A DNA stretch of 64,000 bases, from positions 8,018-72,017 of the forward strand of contig CALWZG010000055.1 in NCBI GenBank assembly GCA_944385965.1. Direction: 5' to 3'. Positions within the stretch are counted from its first letter, which is position 1. Each line of letters opens with the position of its first letter. Shown piece after piece: positions 8,832-16,586 of this stretch. The stretch comes from an uncultured Anaerotruncus sp. (GTDB lineage Bacteria > Bacillota > Clostridia > Oscillospirales > Ruminococcaceae). The translations under genes and the position numbers were made by a program. The notes below the pieces were generated by a model. That model did no database searches and had not been told where the DNA came from. It saw only the letters and a program-made list of their open reading frames with translations.

Positions 8832-9344
8832 ATGAGCTGCTTGGGGGTTTTATTTGCTTTGGATGAGCCTAGCCTAAACAAACTGAAAAAGATTCCCCGC
8901 AACGAGCTTCCTGATTATATCGGCTGCCAGTTGGAAGAGGAATGGTTTTCTCAGCATCCTGACCTGCTGGCCGAATTGGATAAGTCTTGGGATGCCGCCC
9001 ATCGGGCTCTCACCGATGGAAACCTGCTTTTCGGGGATGGCTGCTCCCCTCTCAGCGGGGTGATTCTCGGTGGGACGGTTCTTTATGGGGATAAAGAGGG
9101 CGAGGAGGATTATATCATCACACTGAAGTCTCCCCAACAGGTAAAAGCGATCTCCTCTGCTTTGAAAAATCTCACCAAGGAGGATTTTCGCCGCAGATAC
9201 TTCGCTATTGATGAGGAGGCATATGAACATTCCATAGATGAAGATGATTTCAACTACACCTGGGATTGGCTGGAAGGGTCCTTTCCGCTTTGGGAAAAAG
9301 CCGCCCAGGAAGGACTTTGGATGTTGTTTACGGTAGATCAGTAA
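8832..9344 (+). CDS. YfbM-like (DUF1877) protein
   Basis: MSCLGVLFALDEPSLNKL...LDKSWDAAHRALT...PLSGVILGG has the same layout as E. coli YfbM as I recall it. AAAGGAGAAG lies 7 nt upstream of ATG 8832. The track start at 8826 is a TTG. Confidence 0.6.
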   Translation: MSCLGVLFALDEPSLNKLKKIPRNELPDYIGCQLEEEWFSQHPDLLAELDKSWDAAHRALTDGNLLFGDGCSPLSGVILGGTVLYGDKEGEEDYIITLKSPQQVKAISSALKNLTKEDFRRRYFAIDEEAYEHSIDEDDFNYTWDWLEGSFPLWEKAAQEGLWMLFTVDQ

Positions 9345-9364
9345 CCATTACCTAAAACGCAGAA

Positions 9365-9404
9365 AAGCAGAGAAAAACAAGGAACTGTTTTTCTCTGCTT
9401 CTTT
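9365..9404. terminator. bidirectional terminator between the YfbM-like gene and hutP
   Basis: GCAGAGAAAAACA-AGGAAC-TGTTTTTCTCTGC is a 13-bp stem flanked by A-run and T-rich sequence. Confidence 0.85.
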
Positions 9405-9425
9405 AACTCTCATTCAGTCCAAATT

Positions 9426-9875
9426 TTAAATATGCATGGTTCCTACGCCGCACCGCTCGTGTGTGGTAATGGGATGTATACTGGAATCCCCATACAAGGC
9501 TACCGAAATCCAATGCCCCTTACGCACCACCGCGATTTTCACCGCCAAGCTGGTGACCGATGCTGTGTTAGATAAGACACAACGCTTCGCTTCCTCGGTA
9601 GCGTGCAGCAAGGCATGAATCTCATGGTCTACCTTTTCCACCAAGCGGGCATTCAGGCTGGCTCCCAGTACCGCCCGTGTGATCTTTTCCTGAAAATCTC
9701 CACTGGAACGGCCTCCCGTTTCGGTGACCACACATCGGAACCCCAAGGATTCAAGCAGTTCCTTCAGAGTAGTTTCCTCCGCCATAGTCACGCTCATCGC
9801 CAACCGCAAAGCGCATCTGCTTACCGAGTCATCTTCCCGGATGCTTATTGAAATGTCTTGACTGGTATGCTCCAT
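9426..9875 (-). CDS. hutP: HutP family RNA-binding antiterminator-like protein
   Basis: 149 aa. EIHALLHATEEAKRCV, HWISVALYG and HERCGVGTMHI at the C-terminus align with B. subtilis HutP (ESHALYHATMEA, DWIAVSLYG, HETFGVGINHI). Confidence 0.8.
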   Translation of the reverse strand: MEHTSQDISISIREDDSVSRCALRLAMSVTMAEETTLKELLESLGFRCVVTETGGRSSGDFQEKITRAVLGASLNARLVEKVDHEIHALLHATEEAKRCVLSNTASVTSLAVKIAVVRKGHWISVALYGDSSIHPITTHERCGVGTMHI

Positions 9876-9908
9876 CTCTCAAATTCAAATCCTCTCATAC
9901 CTGATTTA

Positions 9909-9937
9909 ATTATAGAAGGAAAATCATCCTCTGTCAA
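9909..9937 (-). promoter_or_regulatory. consensus sigma-A promoter of hutP
   Basis: The minus strand reads TTGACA - 17 nt - TATAAT exactly (plus-strand tgtcaa 9932-9937, attata 9909-9914). Confidence 0.8.
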
Positions 9938-10003
9938 TCAACAAGCCGCCGAAAAACAAGGGGCTGATTCGTACAACTTCGCCAGATTGATCTCTTTTGC
10001 AAA

Positions 10004-10795
10004 TCAGCTTTGTTTTTGAATCGCTTCCAAAGCGTGCCGCACATAAAGTTGTCTAATCAATGGATATTCCCCCAGCCCCTTAAAGACACAATCCACCGAA
10101 AAGCCTTCTCTTTCAAACTGGCTTTCCCAAGAATCTTCCGACGAACCTGACATATCATTTCTGGCGTGATCTCCCGCTACCACCATAAAAGGTGCCAGAA
10201 TAACCCGTTTTACACTTGTTTTCTTGATTTGTTCAATTAACATCCCCACATCTGGAGAACCTTCCACTGTCCCAACAAAAATATTGCTGTACCCTGCCGC
10301 CCGGAACCAATAATCCAGAGCAGCGTACGCCGCATTGGCATGATGTGAGGTACCATGACCCATAAAAACCAAAGCTGTATCCGGTTTCGCCAGCTCTTGA
10401 GAAAAAGGTTCCGTCACCGCCCCCACTACCTGCTGATAATCCTCGGTAGAAGTGAGAAGCGGCGCACCGAAAGATAAACTTTCAAACCGATCCTGAAACA
10501 TCTGGGCTGTTTGTATCATTTCATCATTCTCGATTCCATTGATAACATGGGTGGGTTGAATCACCACCCGCTGAAACCCCTCCTCAGCCAAACGTTCCAA
10601 CGCCTGTCTCACATTGTCGATATAGATTCTGTCCCGCTCCCGCAACACCTTTAATACCATTCCGCTGGTAAAAGCCCTGCGGATTTCCCAATCGGGGAAC
10701 GTCTCCATTAGTGTCTTTTCAATACTGTCGATACCCTTTTTACGGGCGTTTTCATAACTGGTGCCAAAGCTGACAACCAGAATCCCTTGCTTCAT
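10004..10795 (-). CDS. cbiK: sirohydrochlorin cobaltochelatase CbiK (anaerobic)
   Basis: 263 aa. ILVVSFGTSY N-terminus, VVIQPTHVINGIE, LVFMGHGTSHHANAAYAALD and ILAPFMVVAGDHA, which together make two ferrochelatase-like halves. AAGGAGGG RBS. Confidence 0.88.
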   Translation of the reverse strand: MKQGILVVSFGTSYENARKKGIDSIEKTLMETFPDWEIRRAFTSGMVLKVLRERDRIYIDNVRQALERLAEEGFQRVVIQPTHVINGIENDEMIQTAQMFQDRFESLSFGAPLLTSTEDYQQVVGAVTEPFSQELAKPDTALVFMGHGTSHHANAAYAALDYWFRAAGYSNIFVGTVEGSPDVGMLIEQIKKTSVKRVILAPFMVVAGDHARNDMSGSSEDSWESQFEREGFSVDCVFKGLGEYPLIRQLYVRHALEAIQKQS

Positions 10796-10934
10796 TTTGT
10801 ACCCTCCTTGGGTGTAATAGGATTAGTTTATCACACACATCTGGTTTTTTCAATAAAAATCCAACTGCCATTGGGCCACAACTGAAACTGGGCAGAAAAT
10901 GTTCCCATTTCCTGCCCAGTTGGATTCAGTTCAT

Positions 10935-11327
10935 TTAATTTTGAAAACTGTCATCTTTCGATTCTTGTTCCCTCAGCTTTTCTTTAATGCGCTGGAAGGA
11001 TTCCTGACTGATTACATGCTCAATTCGGCAGGCATCCTGAGCGGCTACAGCCTCGTCAACACCCAATTGTACCAAAAATCTTGTTAAAATCGTATGCCGC
11101 TCATAAACACGCTGAGCTGTTTCTAAACCTGTGGGAGTAAACTCAATCAGCCCATCTTTATCCATTACAATGTATCCATTTTCCCGAAGCAGGGACATAG
11201 CTCGACTGATACTAGGTTTGCTGAAATTCATCCACTGGGCAATGTCAATTGAGCGTACCGCCCCTTTTTCCTGTTTCAGCAACAAAATTGCCTCTAAATA
11301 ATTTTCACCAGATTCCTGTAATTTCAT
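10935..11327 (-). CDS. DtxR/MntR family metal-dependent transcriptional repressor
   Basis: 130 aa. SGENYLEAILLL...VRSIDIAQWMNFSKPSISRAMSLLRENGYI (winged HTH) followed by ERHTILTRFL...A..DACRIEHV.S (metal/dimerisation helix). Confidence 0.88.
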   Translation of the reverse strand: MKLQESGENYLEAILLLKQEKGAVRSIDIAQWMNFSKPSISRAMSLLRENGYIVMDKDGLIEFTPTGLETAQRVYERHTILTRFLVQLGVDEAVAAQDACRIEHVISQESFQRIKEKLREQESKDDSFQN

Positions 11328-11418
11328 GACAGCCTCCCTACATCATTTCTTGTAAGGTACCATTAAAAATTCTTCAATTGGAACAAAAAACAATATCTGT
11401 TTATTCTGACCATAAAAT

Positions 11419-11447
11419 AGTATATCATAACCTCTATCTTTCTTCAA
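11419..11447 (-). promoter_or_regulatory. promoter of the DtxR-family gene
   Basis: The minus strand reads TTGAAG - 17 nt - TGATATACT (extended -10). Confidence 0.55.
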
Positions 11448-11501
11448 GCTGCGGTCTTGTAAAATTGTTTTCCCTGTCTAACATTTTAAAGTTTCATAAA
11501 G

Positions 11502-11530
11502 AAAAGGGGACATTTTAAATGTCCCCTTTT
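11502..11530 (-). terminator. rho-independent terminator after the 911-aa acidic protein gene
   Basis: AAAAGGGGACATTT-TAA-ATGTCCCCTTTT starts 3 nt after the stop codon. Confidence 0.9.
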
Positions 11531-11532
11531 CA

Positions 11533-14268
11533 TCAATCTTTTTTGCCAACAAGTCCCTTCAGCCATCCTAAGAATCCTTGTTCTTCCTGTTGAGGAACCG
11601 TTACAGAAGGTTCCTCTGGCTTCTCAATAGAATCTGTCTTCAGCACAAATTTAACCTCTGTATCAATTCCTTCCGGCGCCTGGGTAAACACACCATATTG
11701 GTCTGATAATTCCACATAAGCGTCCTTCCGGGCGAGAATCTCATCAATATCGTCCAACTTCTGAATTCCCTCGCCTGTGGCGTCCTCCGCTTCCAGACGA
11801 TCCAAGGTGGCAATCATATCCCGGCTCAAATTTACATTTTCCTGTAAGGTTGCCGTACGCAAAGATTCCATAATATCCCGATGAGTCTCCAGGTCTTCCT
11901 TGAGTTTCATTAAAACTTCTACCGTTTCAGGTGCTTTGTGAAGGCTCTCACGCATCTCACTGGTTTTCAGATCCCGTTGAAGGTCTTTGATGATGGGGCG
12001 CAGGTCATGCATATCGTCCCGCAGGTCATTGATATATTCCACATCATCCAGCAAATCCCAATTCTCCAATTTCTCCAGCATCAGCAGGAGCGTTTCCAAA
12101 TTGTCCCGGTTTTCTTCCAAATGGCCCGCCGCCTTTTCCAGGAAAGCCGCCAGTTCTGGACTGATACCATCACCGATTTTCTCGATTGCCTCCAAGGACT
12201 GTTTCATTTCCTCCAGCTGCTGGGCAATCTCAGGCTGTGTCTCCAAGATCTTCTCCCAATGCTGTTCTACATAGTCGTCCACCATTCCTTGAATAGCGTA
12301 TGTACGCATCTCAGAACCGCTCCGTTCCACATAGGCGGAGGCAGTCAGAACAATCTGTCCCTCGCTTTCCTGCCGGGCAATCTCTTGTTCCTGAGGCTCT
12401 GGTGTTGATTCTTTCTCCTGAGCATCCATCTCCTCTTGAGAGGATACCGCAGGTGCTTGTTCAGTGGTCTCATTGGTCTGGGCATCCGTCTCGTCGCTTT
12501 CCGCTGCACCAGACTGCTGGCTATCATTCTCCTCAGCGGCAGGCTCCTCCACAGAAACATCGGGTTTCTCCGGCTGTGTATCCTCTTGGGGTTGCTTCTC
12601 TTGGGTGTTTTCTTCTGTGGGCGCTGTACCTTCCTGCTCTTCTGGTTTGGCCGCTTCCTCCTTTTCCTTTTTGGCTTCCTCCTGGCGTTTTTGTTTCTCA
12701 GCCAAACGTTCCTGTTCCTGACGGGCTTCCTCCTCTGGATTGATCATATCCATCGAGTTCACCAAGCTTAATCCATTAAGCCTGCTCAGTTCATCTACTG
12801 GATAGCCCGCCTGTGACAGCATATTCAAAAGGGTGCTTTCCTCATTGGTTCCAATCATACTGTATAATTTTTCTTTTACCTGCTGCTGGGCAGCTTTGGT
12901 CATCTGGGTGGGAAGCTGCTCCAATTGTCCTTTTAGATTGGTGAGTATCTGCATCGTCTGTGGATCTTTCAGAACCCGAATAAGGCCATCAAATTCCTTT
13001 TTCAGGGCTTCATTTTCGCAAAGCTCCTCATAATCATCCGCCAAATCCTTCAAACGGGTGGAACTTAAATCATCTACCAAATCAAACAGGTCGAACATCA
13101 CCTCATCATCCAGCAGCTTATCCACCGTGCTGTCCTTTAAATCTACACGAATCCGATCATAGAGCGCGATATTTTCCTCTGTCACATATTTGGGCAGCAG
13201 ATCCATAATGTCTTTATTTAAATCGTAAAATTCAAAAATATCCGCAATCAGGAGCTGGGCCGCTTCTGTCCGCTTCTGGTCGGTATACAGGGAACGCAAG
13301 TCCCGCACCGGGTCCATCAGATTAAATTTATCCTGAACTCCCTGTAAATCCAAAAGGTCCTGCCGCATGTCATCAATGTCTTGGGTTTTTCTCAGGTCCT
13401 CCAGGTTTGGCAGCTGGGTGGTGGCGGCGATAGCAATTGGGCCCATCTCAAAGTCCCGAACATCCGCTTCAATGGTAAAGCTCTCTGGAAAATCCAGGTC
13501 GTTGAGCTGCTCCACTGAGTAGCCGCCTAAATTCAAACTTTCGTTCATTCCAGGCATAGACACTAGCCCAATCATCTGATGGTCTCCATCACTGTTGACC
13601 GTTCCATCGCTGACCTGGACATTGGAAAAAACATCCCCATCCAGACTGATTCCGGCTACCACCATCAGAGGAGTATACATTTTTACCTGCTGCCCATTGA
13701 TTTCCACCTGATGCTGGTCAGTGTTGCGGAAATCAATCTCCATGCGCAGGCTGCCCGATTTTCCCGCTAGTTTTTCAGGTTCCATCCGTTTTCCATTCAG
13801 ATAATAACGGATTTCTACCTCGAAAGGCAAAGGCTTCTGACTGGTTCCCTGATAGTACAAATCTGTACCGCTCATGGGCCATTCCAAGCTGTCTCCTGTC
13901 TGCTTGGGCTGCTCGTCTCCCTTCACATTTACAATATTGGAAAGGTCCGAACGGTCCTGGAACAGAGCGCCGCTTTTATCATTATGAATCCAATCACTGA
14001 CAATGGTTTCATACGGTTTTCCGCTGGGGTCCAAATTTACATAGACGGTCTCGGATTTTTTAGGCTGTGTGGATATATCAGTTTGTTCAAAAGCTTCCTC
14101 TGGGGGGATGACCTCCATTTGATTGGAGGATGCCTGGGCTTCGGCCCTGTCAACAGCGGCATTTCTTGACGCCTCTGCTGTATCATAAGCGGAACCCGCC
14201 GCCAGAACAGCAATTAACAGCGCCATTCCTCCGCTGGTAAACCGCAGCATGGTTTTTTTCTGATTCAT
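11533..14268 (-). CDS. large exported acidic coiled-coil/low-complexity protein of unknown function, coupled to the MMPL transporter
   Basis: N-terminal signal-anchor (KKTMLRFTSGGMALLIAVLAAGSAY). A beta-rich domain of about 230 aa follows (ETVYVNLDPSGKPYE...PLPFEVEIRYYLNGKRMEPEKLAGKSGSLRMEI). After that come more than 600 aa of D/E/L-rich helical sequence, including an E/Q/K/T/P linker of about 120 aa. GGAGG lies 8 nt upstream of ATG 14268. The alternative ATG at 14283 abuts the MMPL stop. Confidence 0.8.
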   Translation of the reverse strand: MNQKKTMLRFTSGGMALLIAVLAAGSAYDTAEASRNAAVDRAEAQASSNQMEVIPPEEAFEQTDISTQPKKSETVYVNLDPSGKPYETIVSDWIHNDKSGALFQDRSDLSNIVNVKGDEQPKQTGDSLEWPMSGTDLYYQGTSQKPLPFEVEIRYYLNGKRMEPEKLAGKSGSLRMEIDFRNTDQHQVEINGQQVKMYTPLMVVAGISLDGDVFSNVQVSDGTVNSDGDHQMIGLVSMPGMNESLNLGGYSVEQLNDLDFPESFTIEADVRDFEMGPIAIAATTQLPNLEDLRKTQDIDDMRQDLLDLQGVQDKFNLMDPVRDLRSLYTDQKRTEAAQLLIADIFEFYDLNKDIMDLLPKYVTEENIALYDRIRVDLKDSTVDKLLDDEVMFDLFDLVDDLSSTRLKDLADDYEELCENEALKKEFDGLIRVLKDPQTMQILTNLKGQLEQLPTQMTKAAQQQVKEKLYSMIGTNEESTLLNMLSQAGYPVDELSRLNGLSLVNSMDMINPEEEARQEQERLAEKQKRQEEAKKEKEEAAKPEEQEGTAPTEENTQEKQPQEDTQPEKPDVSVEEPAAEENDSQQSGAAESDETDAQTNETTEQAPAVSSQEEMDAQEKESTPEPQEQEIARQESEGQIVLTASAYVERSGSEMRTYAIQGMVDDYVEQHWEKILETQPEIAQQLEEMKQSLEAIEKIGDGISPELAAFLEKAAGHLEENRDNLETLLLMLEKLENWDLLDDVEYINDLRDDMHDLRPIIKDLQRDLKTSEMRESLHKAPETVEVLMKLKEDLETHRDIMESLRTATLQENVNLSRDMIATLDRLEAEDATGEGIQKLDDIDEILARKDAYVELSDQYGVFTQAPEGIDTEVKFVLKTDSIEKPEEPSVTVPQQEEQGFLGWLKGLVGKKD

Positions 14269-14283
14269 ATTTGGTACCTCCAT

Positions 14284-16374
14284 TTACCCCTTTGCTTTCT
14301 GGTTCGGTTTCCAATGGTAGCTGGTCTTTTGAAACAGCTTCTCACAGCAAAGCAAAACCGAAGGCAAAATGAATATACTAATCAAAGCGCTGATAACAGC
14401 ACCCCTTGCCAGCATGGAACAGATACTCTTAATAATCTCTATGCGGGAGATAAAACTAACCCCGGAATTGGCACAGAAAAACACCAAAGCGCTGGTAATA
14501 ATGGATTTATCAGCCGCGTTGGCGGCCGCTTTAATGGCACTCACCCGATCCTTGCCGCTGGCCAGCTCCTCTTGAAACCGGGTTGTCATCAAAATGGCGT
14601 AATCCACAGTGGCACCCAGCTGAATACAGCCAATGACGATTGGAGAGATAAAAGGCACAACCGTTCCTGTCAGAGTGGGAAAGCTTTGGTTAATGAAGAT
14701 GGCCAGCTCAATGGCACCTACCAATACCACCGGAACAGTAAAGGATTTAAATACCAGTGCCACAATCAATAGGATGGCGCCCATGGACAAAAGATTGGTG
14801 TTCTGAATATCTACTGTTGTAATCTCGCTCAGGTCCTTGGTCATAACCCCTTCCCCCGTGATCAAAGCGTTGGGGTCATAACGCTTACAAATCTCATTCA
14901 GTTGGTCTATCTGGGCGTTTTCCTCTGGGCGGGCCGCTTTATAGGCGGAGTTGACCATAATCATCTGCAAGCCTTCTTTTTTGCACAGGTCCTTTAGCTC
15001 CTGGGGAACAAACTGGTCCGGAATCCCAGGGCTTACAAACTTGTTGTAGGCAAGCACGGTCTCTATCCCATCCACCTGCTCTATCTCATCCACCATCCGC
15101 TCAATCTCATAAGCGGGCAGATGGTCATCCACAATAATAAAGTGGGTGGTAGCCATATTGAACTCTGTGCGCATCTTTTCAATGGCAACAGTAGAGGGCA
15201 GGTCCGCCGGCAGAGACTGGTCAATATTATAATAAATCTCCATCTTGCTTTGTAAATACATGGCGGGCAGGAACAATACCAAAAACAGAGTGACAAAAAT
15301 TTTTCTATGGTCGATAATCCAGTTATTCATCCCATCAAATTTTGGTACAAAGGTTCGATGCTGCCACCGGCTGATAGGTTTATCCAACACAAGCACAATG
15401 GATGGAAGCACAATCACCACCACCAAAATTCCAATGACCACCCCTTTGGCCATAACGACCCCTAAATCTCCCCCCAGGCCCAGCCGCATAGCGCACAGGG
15501 CCAAGAAGCCCGCTATGGTGGTGAGAGAACTTCCTGAAAGGGAAACAAAGGCGCTTTCAATAGCACTGGCCATAGCATCCCGCCGGTCGGTAAACTTTTC
15601 CTTTTCCTCCTGGTAGCGGTCCACCAGAAAGATGGAGTAGTCCATGGTAACGCCTAATTGCAGAATCGCTGCGATGGCCTTTGTCACATAAGAAATCTGG
15701 CCTAAAAATAGATTGCTTCCAAAATTATACGCCACCGCAAACCCTATTCCCAAGATATACACAAAGGGAAGCAGAGTGGACTCCATAGTTACCAGCATAG
15801 CTAAAATCGAGAACACCACCGCCAAAACGGTATAAAGGGGCATTTCTTGTTCCACCAGGTCTTTGGTATCCTTCAGGAAAATCGAAACTCCGCTTAAAAA
15901 GCATTGCTTGTTGCACAGCGCCCGAATTTGGTCAATGGCTTCCAATGTTTCATTGGAGGCTCCAGGCTTCTCAAACTGGACGATAATCATTGTGGAGTCA
16001 GGATTGTTTTTGCTGTAAAAAAGATTCTTAATCTCATCCGGCAGAATCTCTTTGGGAACCGTAATATCCATTAAACTGCTAATCCAAAAGGCATTGCTCA
16101 CATCCGGCACTTCGGCCACCTGGTCCCGCAAAGCTTTCACATCCTTTGCGGGCATCCCCTCCACAATGAGCATAGCGGTAGCAGCACTTTGGAAGGTATC
16201 CTCCAGAAGCTGCTGGCCCTTGGAGGAATCTAAATCCTCCGGCAGATAAGACAGAACGTCATAATTCACCCTGGTGCAAATAGCTCCATAGACGCTGGGC
16301 AGCAATAACAGCAGGGCCGCCAGTAATACCACAAAGCTATTCCGGGTCAGCAGCCGGGCAAATTTTTTTAGCAT
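14284..16374 (-). CDS. MMPL family (RND superfamily) transporter
   Basis: Two repeated halves, each with a large loop plus a 5-6 TM bundle (LQLGVTMDYSIFLVDRYQEE and IQLGATVDYAILMTTRFQEE). Start taken at MLKKFARLL (ATG 16374, GGTGGGAAGG RBS). The 34-codon upstream extension in the track has no RBS. Confidence 0.88.
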   Translation of the reverse strand: MLKKFARLLTRNSFVVLLAALLLLLPSVYGAICTRVNYDVLSYLPEDLDSSKGQQLLEDTFQSAATAMLIVEGMPAKDVKALRDQVAEVPDVSNAFWISSLMDITVPKEILPDEIKNLFYSKNNPDSTMIIVQFEKPGASNETLEAIDQIRALCNKQCFLSGVSIFLKDTKDLVEQEMPLYTVLAVVFSILAMLVTMESTLLPFVYILGIGFAVAYNFGSNLFLGQISYVTKAIAAILQLGVTMDYSIFLVDRYQEEKEKFTDRRDAMASAIESAFVSLSGSSLTTIAGFLALCAMRLGLGGDLGVVMAKGVVIGILVVVIVLPSIVLVLDKPISRWQHRTFVPKFDGMNNWIIDHRKIFVTLFLVLFLPAMYLQSKMEIYYNIDQSLPADLPSTVAIEKMRTEFNMATTHFIIVDDHLPAYEIERMVDEIEQVDGIETVLAYNKFVSPGIPDQFVPQELKDLCKKEGLQMIMVNSAYKAARPEENAQIDQLNEICKRYDPNALITGEGVMTKDLSEITTVDIQNTNLLSMGAILLIVALVFKSFTVPVVLVGAIELAIFINQSFPTLTGTVVPFISPIVIGCIQLGATVDYAILMTTRFQEELASGKDRVSAIKAAANAADKSIITSALVFFCANSGVSFISRIEIIKSICSMLARGAVISALISIFILPSVLLCCEKLFQKTSYHWKPNQKAKG

Positions 16375-16446
16375 AGACCTTCCCACCTTACAAACATTTC
16401 CCTCATTCTGGTTTCCAGTATAATCCCATGGATGGATTTCGTCATT

Positions 16447-16525
16447 AGACAACTGGTGACGTTTGTCAAAAACCACGACATATTTTTAAAATTGTCTGAT
16501 TTTTTGACAAAACAAAATTTTGTCT
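16447..16525. promoter_or_regulatory. phased TTGTC/GACAA repeat array in the divergent MMPL / radical-SAM-like control region
   Basis: Direct TTGTC(A/T) copies at 16463, 16492 and 16520, spaced 28-29 bp. Inverted (A/T)GACAA copies at 16447 and 16505. Includes GACAAAA-caaaa-TTTTGTC, a perfect 7-bp inverted repeat. Confidence 0.4.
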
Positions 16526-16586
16526 ATTTTAGAGCAAGGTGTTTTCGTGTATTCTAAAAATAAGAAGTTTGAGAGGAAGGGATTTT

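Noticed and set aside
12300-12771. A stack of overlapping plus-strand ORFs and repetitive-looking sequence, checked as a possible repeat array or CRISPR-like structure.
   Set aside because: There are no regularly spaced identical repeats. The pattern comes from GAA/GAG/CAG/AAG-rich codons of the E/Q/K low-complexity linker of the minus-strand 911-aa gene.
16369-16481. A 37-codon minus-strand ORF (MSWFLTNVTSCL...) in the MMPL upstream region, considered as a possible precursor peptide next to the radical-SAM-like gene.
   Set aside because: It has no Shine-Dalgarno sequence and overlaps the operator-like repeats and the MMPL start. The neighbouring radical-SAM-like protein lacks its catalytic motif, so a RiPP reading is unsupported.
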